A stretch of DNA of 64,000 bases, from assembly GCF_038025025.1 (NCBI RefSeq), contig NW_027117339.1, positions 2,356,001 through 2,420,000 of the forward strand, given 5' to 3'. Source of the stretch: Phyllosticta citribraziliensis (Eukaryota). Below, one piece after another: positions 45,060 to 55,980 of this stretch. The first letter of the stretch is position 1. The number at the start of each line of letters is the position of its first letter. Position numbers and translations under genes: made by a program. Below the pieces are notes generated by a model. That model ran no database searches. It was given only the letters and a program-made list of their open reading frames with translations, and was not told the origin of the DNA.

Positions 45060-47207
45060 TTATATCTCTAGCTTCTCGTCGTCACCCCCGTACCCGTTGG
45101 TCGTCTGCTGCTGCGTCCCCGTCTTCGTCTTCTCCAGCGTCGGGATCTGCGGCGTCGCCATGGGCGTCGTCCGCGTAAAGTAGCTGCTAATCTCCTCGGA
45201 AAACTCGTCGTCATCCGACTGGTAGTCGCCCTTGGCCTCCTCCATGGCCTTGCGCTGCTGCCACTGCTCCCAGTCGCCGCGCAGCTCCTCCACCTTTTGT
45301 TGGTAGTCAAGCTCGGCGTCATAGTGCTTGCCGACGCCGCGAATGCGCTCCCACACGGACAGATGCTTGGGGTGGATGGCAATTCCGTGGTAGTCTTGCT
45401 CACGGCCGGCGCGAATGTACGTCCACCGGCGCTCCTGCTCCTTGAGGTCGAGGCCGGTCGTGTCCGGCAGGAAGAGCCACGTCAGAATTGCACCACCGAG
45501 ACCAAACCACGGAACAACGTAGAACTTGGTCTGTGTGTCAATGTAGTTGTACAGCACGGCAGCCAGCAGAGCGCCGAGCTTGCCCATGGCAGCAGAGAAA
45601 CCGTGGGCCGTGGCGCGGATCGGGGTTGGGAACACCTCGGCAGCGACGAGGAACGTGACCGAGTTCGGTCCGAACTGGTTGAAGAAGGACGACAAGAAGT
45701 ACATGGTTTGGAACTCGTGAATGTGCTCCTTGCTAGTGTAGTACTCGTAGTTGAAGGCGGGAACAACAAAGAGGATAAAGTCGAGCATGAAGCCGACAAT
45801 CATCATCCACTTTCTTCCGTCTGTCGTTTGTTAGCGCTTGTTGAGTTGGATGGCACCAAGTGACTTACAGAGCTTGCTGTCAATGAGGAGCGATGCAGCG
45901 TAGTAACCAACCAGGGACACGGCGACGTTGATGAGGTTGTACTCCCAAGTGACCATGACATCCTTGCTGCTGGTGATGACACTGATGAATTCGCTTTGGA
46001 AGAGCTTGTTGCCGTAGAAGAAGACGTCGTTGGCGAACCACGAACCGGCAGTCGCCAGAATGCGGGGTCCAAAGTAGGAGAAAGTCAGGCGGAGAGACTG
46101 CGTGTCGTATCCAGTAATGTTTTGCTTCTTCTTCTGGGCGGCCAGTTGCTTGCCAGCAGACTTCATCTTGTACGCGCGGTAGAAGACGAGCCAGAGCGTT
46201 CCGACGGCAGGAATGAAGAAGGAGACACGGTAGGTCCACTGGGCATCGCTCGCGGCGTATGGTGGCCCGCTGTAGCCGTGGGTGATGCGCAGGAGAACCA
46301 TGAGGATAACGACGTTGATGAACTGACCCCAACCCTGCATGAGGAAGGCCATGGTCACCTTACGACCACGGTGCAGCCTGTCCTCGCGAGTAGAGACCTT
46401 GCCGGATCCGACAGCGTTCTCCATACCCGAGGTCGCAGTCATGGGGTACTCTCCACCCACGCCAATGCCGTAGAAGAAGAGCGCCCAGACGTAACAGATG
46501 ATCCATCCGTTCTGGGTGAGACCCCAGGCGGCGGTGAGCATGACGAGTCCGACAAACATGATGACGGCGTCCTGGATGAGACCCCATCTGCGGCCGAGCC
46601 AGTCGCCAATGACACCGACAATGATTTGACCGACAATGATGCCGCAAATCTCGAGATACTCAATGGCCGCGATCCAGGTTTCGTTGCAAATGGCAAACGT
46701 CTTCCAGCACGCCTTGAAGGCGTCCTGGAAGAGCGGTTTCACGTTGCCAATGGAGAACAAGACGTAACTGTCCCGATGTTAGCGCAGTTTCAGCAATGTT
46801 CAGGCGCGCTCTTACCCTTCGAGCAACAGACCCATACCGGGAATGATGCAGTTCTTAAAGTAATAGCTCCAAAGCGTATACGCTCCGATGAGCCAGCCAA
46901 TTGGGGCCAAGAAGCCGGTCCAGCGCGCACCGGCGTCTTTGTATATTTGCCAAAACTCGTTGGTCTCCTTCTTGGCCTCGGCCTTGTCGACGCCAAGGAC
47001 AAATCTGATGCGCTGGGGGATGCCCATGTCGGCCCAGTAGATGCCATTGCTGTCGTAGCTGTCGTCGGGGCGGAGCAAGAAGTCGAAAACGCCCTTTTCG
47101 GTGGGGTTCATGTTGTAAATGTCCTGGGTGGCCACGTGTTGGCCGCCCATGTTGGGGCCGTGGGGGGCGGCCAGGCCATAGTCGCGGAGCGAGCTGTCGG
47201 CAGCCAT
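45060..47207 (-). CDS. MFS phosphate:H+ symporter family (Pho84-like) transporter (exons 47207-46816, 46767-45869, 45820-45060)
   Basis: GDWLGRR, GIGVGGEYPMTA, FLMQGWGQ, WFANDVFFYG and QFGPNSVTFLVAAEVFPT.IRATAHGFSAA.GKLGA. Two 48-nt introns. Substrate inferred from family only. Confidence 0.9.
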
Positions 47208-48578
47208 TGCGCCCGAGGGACAGCGCGAGATGGCTGTGTGTTGGAGGAGGAGGGTTGAGGAGGGAGGTCTTCGGCTGGGGGGGAAAAGTGATGGGGGACG
47301 GGAGGCGGTAGAAATAGGCAATTGGTCGCGTGCGTAGCAGGCGGCGTATTTGGTTGGGAGGGGTCAAACGGCTACGTGTGGTCCAAGTAGAGATTGCAAG
47401 CTCGAACTACTGTAGCCAAGGAGAGGCCGGTGGGCGGTGAAGTCAAGCCTCGTTGTAGTGCGGACTGGGGTGATGCTTGGTAGCGAAAAACGGTGGACGG
47501 AACACCAAGACCGCGGCGCCGGAAATGTGATGCAAACCAATGCAGGAGGGATGGAGGCAAAGAAAGACAAGAGCGACGGCGGGAGGGAGAGGGAGATTTT
47601 TAAAAAGGACTCGAGTGGGTAGCAGAGAGGCGAAGTCAGCAGTCAGGCCGACGGCGTGCAATGGACAAGACGGGGAATTGGAAGAGGGCTGACGGTGAGT
47701 GACGGGGCAGAAAAAATAAGGCGAGGGCTGAAGCTTGTCGTCCTGGCCGGGATCCAACGGGCGCGGTGGAGCCATGAGCAATTGGTTTCGGCGGAGCTGA
47801 TGGACCAAAGACTGGCACTTGCCAGAACGAGCACTGAGAGATGTCGAAAACCTGCAACGCCGCGGCCAATCACGACTCGCAGGGCCACCTCGTGCGCGCG
47901 CAGGCGGGCGCGACTCGACGGCAAAAGGTGGAGCCCCCCAGCAACGCCACCAGCCAAGGGTCTGGCCGCACTTCACTCTTGTCAACACCACCTCTTCGTC
48001 CTCAGTTCGCAGTTCTGATGCCATCCACGCCCACGCGCCCACGGCTACGGCGGCACCAGACGCCTTCTTCAGCCCTGCCCCATCACCATGCTTTGCTTCG
48101 CAGCAGCCATCCCCGCAGCCATGGTCATCCCGACCACCAGGCCATCCCAAACATCCTTCAGGCCCCGGCATTGCACTTGGCCGGCGCATCCCCATGGAGG
48201 AGCTGCCTGTCCGAGCGTCCAACCCACATGTCGGACATGCTGCTCCTCTCTCGACTGGCTCCACCGACGTCCGCCGTTTTCCGCCGCAAATGTGCCATTG
48301 TTGCGTTGCACTCCTGCGATCCATCCTCATTGACCTCGACGGATGGTCGCCTTGGTTCCGTCTCTCTGGGCCGGCATGTCCTGGGCTGTGTGCCGCCCAC
48401 GACTTCATCCTGCACCCATGGCGTGCGTTTGACAGCTCCTCGGGCTCGACCGTCGACACGCCAGTCCATCCCACTCGGTAAGCCGTGTCTAGTTGTCGGA
48501 GTCGTCCGCCATATCTAGCCGTCTCAGCGCCCCCGATGATTGCTGTCCGCCCGCAGCCACTCTCCTTGTCCATATCCC

Positions 48579-48586
48579 CCACGTGC
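48579..48586. promoter_or_regulatory. CACGTG E-box (reads GCACGTGG on the minus strand), possible Pho4/Nuc-1 site
   Basis: Matches the Pho4-type bHLH consensus. It is a single site ~1.37 kb upstream of the Pho84-like ATG. Confidence 0.3.
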
Positions 48587-50308
48587 GCCGCCCATTGCTA
48601 TCTCATGTCTTCACTCTCGTTTCTGCGCCGCAACCCCTTGACTAATCCGTTTCTTCTCATTCCGATGGCTGACGATCCATCTTCACGTCCACGCCTGTCT
48701 TCATGTCCGACGTTGGACACGAGTCGTCAGCCAAGAGTCCAAGGCTTGCCTAGAGCACATCCCGCGTCTGCTGTTGGTGCGCTGTAGACGCCCAGCCTGC
48801 CACAACAGTTTTTCCATCTCACCCGACCCGCCCCTCTGGAATAATGCTGGCAATGGCTGAGCGTGGGATGAGGCTTGTTTTACGCCATGGCTGATGCTTT
48901 TTCTCAGCCCTGCGATGCATGGCGATTCAAGTCATGGTGTTTGATTCGACCGCGCCGCAAGACCGAGGCGCCGTCGCAAAACTTTACCTCCGCCGCATCG
49001 AAACATGTGCCAATCAATCCGCCGTCTGTCCACGGCTAGTCATTCGCCTCGAAACGGCCGGGCTAACCGATGGGATCTCCTTCGCAGCTTCATGCAGGGC
49101 CGTGGGTCGAGACGCATGATCGATCTTCAGGGTTGACCACTCAACGCAGCAAGACGAGCGAAGAAAACATGGCGGAGCCGTGTGGCCAAGGACTTGGTCC
49201 GTGGTTTTTGTAGAGATTGGAAAGCCTACGCTACGCCGCCGGGCATATCGGACTTGTGCGGACCCAAGGCAGAATTGACGTACGAAGAATTGGTTTGAAA
49301 AACTCTTGCCTTGGCCGACGCTCTTGAGAGGCTGAAGAGGAGGTTTACGTATAATGTGCTTTTTCGAATGTGTTTTTCAGTCGCCGCAGCCTGGCGGAAT
49401 GCTGCGTATCCAGGAAAAATTTGAAAATTTGACGGCTGAACTATGTTTCTTTCTAGAAGCAAGAAGCAAAACTGATTTTTCGAGCAAGGGAATGACAGCG
49501 GAAGAAGAAGAAACGTGAAGTGAGACGAGCCCGACAAACCCTGAGGAGATATTCGTTTGTCGTGCACTCCAACGGCTGGTTGAAAACTGCCGCAGAACGC
49601 ACAGGTCCACTTGTCGCAAGCTCTTTGGGAGCCTTGCCTGTGACGGTATGGACGATTACTGGTTACCAACGGCGCAAACCGTCGAGCAACGTCAACCAGT
49701 CACACAGCCGTCCAACCTGTACTGTAGCTAGGCGTGAAGCTATCGACAGCCTCTGTGCTGATCTTGCATCATCGTACTTGGCCCATGCTATTGGTTCAGG
49801 CCGTCTGGTGTGCCATTACCTGATGCCAATACTTGCCGCGTCTTGTCGTGGCAAACTGGAGGGATTGCCGCTCCGGGTGTGGTCGTCGCATCGTCACTCT
49901 TGACCAAAGCATCGTGATGTCAAGGCCGACAGTAGCGTTGAAGATGATGGCAATGGATGCCTGGTGAACTTGGGCTGAGGGTGCTGATGACAACTCAGGC
50001 GCTCAAAGCAAAGCGTGATTACGCGCATCGCGTCTTGGCCCGTGCGCTCAAGATGCCTGTAGAGTCGACGTCTCAGAGCCAACCACACCACCAACTTCAC
50101 CTCACTCCGCCTCCGCACTCGCGATACTTGAAGCTGATCGGCTCGGGGTTGGTCTAGCATGTTCAGAAATCCTCGGGAAAACCGCACTCTCTCATCCAGT
50201 CAGCAAGTCAGTCCCTCGGTCGGTCGTCCGCCGTCGCCACCCTCAACTCCAGTCGTCGCGAAGACTCCACTTCAGCAGGCCACGCTCACCGCCAACGCTT
50301 CTCCTACC

Positions 50309-52870
50309 ATGGCAACGCGGACCATGCCCTCCAAATCTTCGCGTGCTTCGAAGCCAAAGCAGACCAAGCTGGATTTCACCAAGGGTGCCGCCAAATCCGG
50401 CACCCCAAAGCCAAAAGTCCAGCCGAATTCGAGCATCCTCAGCTTCTTCAAAAAGGCCGATGGGCCAACATATGATAGCGGACTCTTTATCGAAGGGTCA
50501 CAAAAGCTTGCGAGCAAACATTTGGAGGATGGAGAGCAAGTAGGATGGGATGACTTGGAGGCGCTTGCCGACGAGGGTCCAGAACAAACGCGTTTCAACG
50601 AGAGCGCGTTGGCGGTCAAACGGCGAAAGCTCAGTCAGGATTCGGGATCGTCGACCGAAAGGAAGTCGGAGCCTACGGAAACACCAACCGACAGGTCGGT
50701 TCAAAAAGACACGGAAGATCAAGTCAGGAAGGCTCCTCCAAAACGACCGGCTGGGCCCTTTTTGGATGACTCGGAAAGCGAGGACGAAGATCCAGTGGAG
50801 CAAAGTTCTACAGTGCCTCCACAGAACACTGAAGATGACAGTAATAAATTGACAAGAGACGAAACGAATCATTCTCCACCCACGAAAGAAGAGGTGGGTG
50901 AAGAGTCCAAACCCGCCGAACCTTGGGAGCCTCCTCCGCTAAAAGAAGAACCGACAAGTCTTACCGGTGACGACGGATTCGCAGAATTCGAAGGCATTGA
51001 AGATTTTGAGGAATTCGAAGAGGGTGAAGAGCTTGATGAGCGATTATTCATGCAGGAGCAGCGCCGGCTCGAAATGGCAGAAGCAGGGATCGAAGGTGAA
51101 TTGGACGACATGGATTTTGACGAGTTGGAGACCGGAGTGAAGACGGAAATTGGCGACGTGGATGACAGCACCACCTTGGTCTCTGACGCGCCAGTCTGCC
51201 CAATCTGTAATGCCAGCCTCCAGGGAATATCGGACCAGGACGCCTCCGTACATGTAAACAACTGCCTTGATGGAAACCCAACTCCAGTCCCCAAGCCCCA
51301 GCAAGTGAACAACAAGATGGATGAGACTAGCAAGGTTGATGGATTCAAGAAATTCCAGCGACCGCCCAAGCCAGCGAAGCCAGGACAGGCCAATCCATTC
51401 AGCCTCGATGGCGGGAGCAAGAACTCTGGCTCCGCTTTCACCAAGTTGATGTCTGGACATGCTGAGGATGCCGCGTGGGCCAATGCTGCCGCTTCTGAAA
51501 ACGCTGCTCGTGGCAAGCCAGCCTACCAGCGCACTTGTCCTTTCTACAAAATCCTCCCGGGGTTCTTCATCTGTGTCGACGCCTTTCGATATGGAGCCGT
51601 GGAAGGATGCAACGCATATTTCCTTAGCCACTTCCACAGTGATCACTACGTCGGCCTCACCGGTACTTGGTCACACGGCCCTATTTACTGCAGCAAAGTG
51701 ACTGCCAATCTGGTGAAGCAACAGTTACGAGTGGACCCCAAGTGGGTTGTGGCTTTGGACTGGGACACCGAGACAGAGATTCCAGGGACTGGAGGTGTCA
51801 AGGTCAACATGATACCCGCCAATCACTGCCCAGGAAGCTCCCTCTTCCTCTTCGAGAAAGTTGTCGGGAACGGCAAGAACCCACGCAAGCAGCGCATCCT
51901 GCACTGTGGAGACTTTCGTGCTTGCAGGGTGCACATTGAACACCCGCTGCTACGGCCAGACGTCATGGACGCGGTGACAGGCAAAACGCGACAGCAGAAG
52001 ATCGACGTCTGCTATCTTGACACTACGTATCTCAACCCCAAGTTTGCCTTTCCCAGTCAGACGGATGTCATCCAGGCCTGCGCCGATATGTGCGTCAGCC
52101 TGAGTAAACTCCGCGCGGACGAGACGGACGGCTGGGAGCAAATGAAGCGCGGCCGTGCGGGCGAAGGCATGACCAAGTTCATTCGCAAGGCAGCCGACTC
52201 GGATCCCTCAGACAGCAACAATGCTTCTGTCTCTTCCCGCGATCGCGGCAAACTCCTCGTCGTCATTGGCACATACAGCATCGGCAAAGAGCGCATCTGC
52301 CTGGGCATCGCGCGAGCGCTGCAATGCAAAATCTTCGCGCCGCCCTCCAAACGGCGCATCGTGCTCGCACTCGAAGACGCCGAACTCACCTCGCTGCTCA
52401 CCACCAACCCGCGCGAGGCCCAAGTGCACATGACGCCGCTGTTCGAGATCCGCGCCGAGACGCTCGACAGCTACCTCTCGTCGTACGGCGACACGTTTGC
52501 GCGCGCCGTCGGCTTCCGGCCCACGGGCTGGAACTACCGGCCGCCGACGGCGCGCTTCACCGAGGCGCCGCAGGTGTCGACGGTGCTGCACTCGCCCGGG
52601 TGGAGGAGCGGCTTCGGCATGCGCGACCTCGTGCCGCAGCGCGGCAGCACGGGGCGCGCCGCCTGCTTCGGCGTGCCGTACTCGGAGCATAGCAGCTTCA
52701 GGGAGTTGACGGTGTTTTGCACGGCGTTGAGGGTCGAGAAGGTCGTGCCGACTGTCAATGTGGGGAGCGCGAAGAGTAGGGAGCGCATGAAGGGGTGGGT
52801 GGACAAGTGGGCGCAGGAGAGGAAGAAGGGGTTGTATAGGCTGCCCGAGGGGGAGGATCAGGGGTTGTAG
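50309..52870 (+). CDS. PSO2: DNA cross-link repair nuclease Pso2/Snm1 (MBL + beta-CASP, UBZ-type finger); alternative upstream ATG at 50159
   Basis: CPIC..HVNNCLD finger, CPFYK, VDAFRYG, FLSHFHSDHY, ANHCPGS, LHCGDFR, YLDTTY, YSIGKER and VPYSEHSS. ACCATGG context at 50309. Confidence 0.95.
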   Translation: MATRTMPSKSSRASKPKQTKLDFTKGAAKSGTPKPKVQPNSSILSFFKKADGPTYDSGLFIEGSQKLASKHLEDGEQVGWDDLEALADEGPEQTRFNESALAVKRRKLSQDSGSSTERKSEPTETPTDRSVQKDTEDQVRKAPPKRPAGPFLDDSESEDEDPVEQSSTVPPQNTEDDSNKLTRDETNHSPPTKEEVGEESKPAEPWEPPPLKEEPTSLTGDDGFAEFEGIEDFEEFEEGEELDERLFMQEQRRLEMAEAGIEGELDDMDFDELETGVKTEIGDVDDSTTLVSDAPVCPICNASLQGISDQDASVHVNNCLDGNPTPVPKPQQVNNKMDETSKVDGFKKFQRPPKPAKPGQANPFSLDGGSKNSGSAFTKLMSGHAEDAAWANAAASENAARGKPAYQRTCPFYKILPGFFICVDAFRYGAVEGCNAYFLSHFHSDHYVGLTGTWSHGPIYCSKVTANLVKQQLRVDPKWVVALDWDTETEIPGTGGVKVNMIPANHCPGSSLFLFEKVVGNGKNPRKQRILHCGDFRACRVHIEHPLLRPDVMDAVTGKTRQQKIDVCYLDTTYLNPKFAFPSQTDVIQACADMCVSLSKLRADETDGWEQMKRGRAGEGMTKFIRKAADSDPSDSNNASVSSRDRGKLLVVIGTYSIGKERICLGIARALQCKIFAPPSKRRIVLALEDAELTSLLTTNPREAQVHMTPLFEIRAETLDSYLSSYGDTFARAVGFRPTGWNYRPPTARFTEAPQVSTVLHSPGWRSGFGMRDLVPQRGSTGRAACFGVPYSEHSSFRELTVFCTALRVEKVVPTVNVGSAKSRERMKGWVDKWAQERKKGLYRLPEGEDQGL

Positions 52871-53493
52871 GTGGACGGGATCAAATACTGCTGCTGGTCT
52901 GAATTGGAACAGACCCCATGAATGCGGTCATCTTGCGAGGGTAGAGAAACTAGTCATTCACTGGCAATTTTTTCTCTTCAGTTGCTTCCACTGGCGCGAG
53001 AATATTTCGTATTAAAAGAACCATGTACAAATAAGTACCACAGCACGCCCAGCAAGCGTTCCGATCACTCAGCTCATCCGCAATATAAAACGGTCTAACC
53101 CAGCTTCCACTAAACCACGAATCCGCCTTTTGCTTGTAAAAGTATCTACAAAGTAAACGTCATGCCGCAAGCGACATTTTTAGAGGTGAGGAGGGTACAG
53201 TATCAACAACGACAGGTAACAACCAAAACAACAGCACTCCAAGCCCTCGCCGCCGCTGTTCATGGTTCGTACATGCATGCATGCTCGGACGATGCCGCCA
53301 AGAAAGAAAATGCAGGCTGATTGACTCCGTGGACGATGCATGAGTCCTTGCTACCTCCGTCCATCCAAAGAAAATGCAATACCCGTGGTTGAATTGGTGA
53401 CATGCCCAATCGTTCGTCCGTCTATTGTAATGTGCGCGCTGCCGAGAGATATGCGTGCGAAGAAAGATTAAAAGGAGTAGCGAAAGAAGTGGG

Positions 53494-53511
53494 AAAAAAA
53501 AAAAAAAAAAA
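53494..53511. repeat. Poly(A)18 tract (poly-U in the MFS 3' region)
   Basis: Directly visible homopolymer in the AT-rich convergent gap. Confidence 0.9.
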
Positions 53512-53727
53512 CTGATTAAGAAGTAAAACGAAAAAGCAGGAATAGAAATAAAGAATTTACGAAGAAAGGGGAAGAAATGGAGAATGCAGATGCGTCAAAT
53601 CGTCCATGATTTCGTGATTTCTTCTCCCCTGGTTTGCCACCCCGCCTCTGCGTTTTATTACTGTGGTACTGTCAGTCTCCCTCTTTCATACACAACTTGT
53701 TTTTCTTCTTGCTGGAGCAGCCGCCGC

Positions 53728-55980
53728 TCAATGATGGCTGTTAGCCTCGGCCTCCTTGATCTCGATCTCGCCGTCGGCAGGCGACGTGAGGACACTGCTA
53801 TCCCTCGCGCTGCTCGGCATCTGGGCCTCAGGATCGCTCTCCCTATTCGCCGCAGCAGCGGGACGTTGAGCCTGCTGCTGCTCGCGCTCCTCCTGCTGCT
53901 CCTCGAGCACCTCGCGCCTCTTCCTCTCCTCGTGGTCCAAGCCCGTCTTGGTCTCCTGGTGCTGCTTGGACAGCTGGCTCTTGCGGACGAGCAGCGAGAC
54001 GAGCAGGCCGGCGCCCGCAAACGCCGTGTACATGATCCACATCTTGCTCATGGAGCCGGCGAAGATGCGCGCGGCGACGGCGCGCTGCTCGCCGGGCAGC
54101 TCGGCCAGGATCTCGGCGTTGGCGCCCGCCGACGCGCCCCCCAGCACGTTGGCCAGGCTGTCGCCCAGCGCCGCGCGCAGCTCGGGCTTGTGCGCCTTCA
54201 TCTGGTTCTGGAAGACGACGGTGCCGATGACGACCGACGCCGCCGTCGCCAGGTTGCGCGTGAAGCCAAATGTCGCCGTGGCCGTGGCGATGTCGCGCGG
54301 ATTGACGTGCGCCTGCAGCGCGATCAGGGGCGCTTGAAACAGAGGGCCTATCCCAATTCCCGCAACGATCTGGAAGATGATGATTTTGGCCCACGACGTG
54401 TTGGCGTCAATCATGATGAAGAGGCCGTATCCAAGCGTCATGACCGTCAGCCCAAACCAGATACACGGCTGGTACAGTCCAGTCTTCTTGATGAAGATTC
54501 CCGTGCCGGCGGACACAATAGATAGAGAGACGGCAAAGGCCAGAATGTAGACTCCCGACATTATGGGCGAAGCTCCACGCACGGCCTGGAAGTACAACGG
54601 GAGGTAGTAAGTCGCAGAGATGAAGACGAAGCCGTGGAAGAAGCAGACGGCCAGCGCGGCAAGGTTGGTCAGCTGTTTGAAGATCCGGACGGGCATGATG
54701 GGGTAGGCCGGGATTTTCGCTTCGATGACGAGAAAAAGGACAATTGTCAAGCCCCCAAAGACCAAGAGGCATATTGTCGTCGCGCTGTCCCAAGGGAAGG
54801 AAGCGCCACCGAATTCAAGTCCTAACAGCAACATCAAAGTACCTCCAATGACTGTCAGCGCGCCGAGCCAATCAATGGCCTTGAGGCCTTCGATCAAGGG
54901 TGTCTTGGGCGTCTCAATGTCGAGGAAAAACAGAATGATTCCAAAGGCCAGTCCGTCGAGAGGTAGATTGATGTAGAAGCTGTAAAGAGGTTAGCTCAAA
55001 GCATCCAAACCAAAAGCTTGGTTGCGGTTGGTGGTTTCGGGGTAATGGGATAATGCTAGCCCACACGGACCCCGCGCCGGCGACCCCCGATCCCCGACCA
55101 TTTGGTTCAACACGACGGGCATCCATGTCGACAGGGCGGAGCGCGCCTGTCTCCGTGGTCGCCTGATGAGTCGTAAAACGCCTCCGCCCGACGTCTGGTG
55201 CCAAGACGCATGTTTCGGCAGCCTCATGACGTCGTGGATCTGAAAAAAGGAAAAACGGGCGGCACCTAGACACGGAAAGACGAGACTGTGAGATGTTACT
55301 TACCACCACCTCCACGAAACGTTAGTGGTAAACGCGCCGCCGATGATGGGTCCCAAGGCACTCGCCAGCGCCCAAACCATGCCGATGATGCCAAAGTACT
55401 GGCCGCGGGAGCGCATCGAGAAGAGATCGGAAATGACGATGTTGACGAGAATAATGAGACCGCCGCCACCGACGCCCTGGATGGCGCGGGCGACGATGAG
55501 CATGCCAATGTTGATCGACAGCCCGGCAATGAGCGAACCGATGAGGAAGAAGATGTTGGCAGCCAGCAGCGCGGGCTTGCGGCCGAAAATGTCGCTCAGC
55601 TTGCCCCATATGGGCGTGGCAGCTGCAGCGGCGAGATTGAATGCTGAACCGATCCACGTGTAGCCAGCGGCTGAGTCGAAGTACGCGGTCACGGTGGGGA
55701 GAGCGGTGGTGATAATTGTAATGTCAAGGGCTGCAAGGAAAACTCCCATCTGAACAATTGTAAGCGTGTGGACACAATGACTTGTTTGACAAAAACTTAC
55801 ACCGAGAGCAAACATGATGATTGCTATTTTGGCCGGGGACCTGCCCTTTTCCTCTGGCTCTTCATTTGGTCGTTGAGTTGGTGTGTCGGCCTCTGGATCG
55901 ACCTGGGCAGCCTCTGGCGTAGACGCATGCTTTTCTTGCGGCGCTGCTGGCGCATGGTCGGTGCCAGCATTTGAAGGCAT
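53728..55980 (-). CDS. DHA2-family (14-TM) MFS drug/toxin efflux transporter (exons 55980-55801, 55749-55304, 54979-53728)
   Basis: LAALDITIITTALP, WGKLSDIFGRK, ARAIQGVGGGG, LGPIIGGAF, WRW^CFYINLP, IDWLG and YYLPLYFQAVRG. Introns of 51 and 324 nt. Confidence 0.93.

Noticed and set aside
45996..47258. Long antisense ORFs (420 aa here; also 15003-15959, 53584-54525, 31957-32784, 40836-41630)
   Set aside because: Shadow frames of GC3-biased real genes with no independent motifs.
47443..48582. 379-aa minus-strand ORF and overlapping 220-aa plus-strand ORFs
   Set aside because: GC-rich promoter DNA open in several frames at once, with Arg/Gly/Cys/Trp-rich composition and no domain.
55163..55196. 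Hammerhead-like CTGATGA followed by a GTCG...CGAC stem on the plus strand
   Set aside because: The obligatory GAAA after stem II is absent (GTCT instead) and it lies antisense to the host gene.
54980..55303. TPP riboswitch or snoRNA identity for the long MFS intron
   Set aside because: No TPP core (CUGAGA, UGAUxxxGxUAAU) and no correctly placed C/D or H/ACA boxes on the sense strand.
18318..55980. Secondary-metabolite gene cluster from two P450s plus MFS transporters
   Set aside because: The genes are scattered among housekeeping genes, with no backbone enzyme or cluster regulator.
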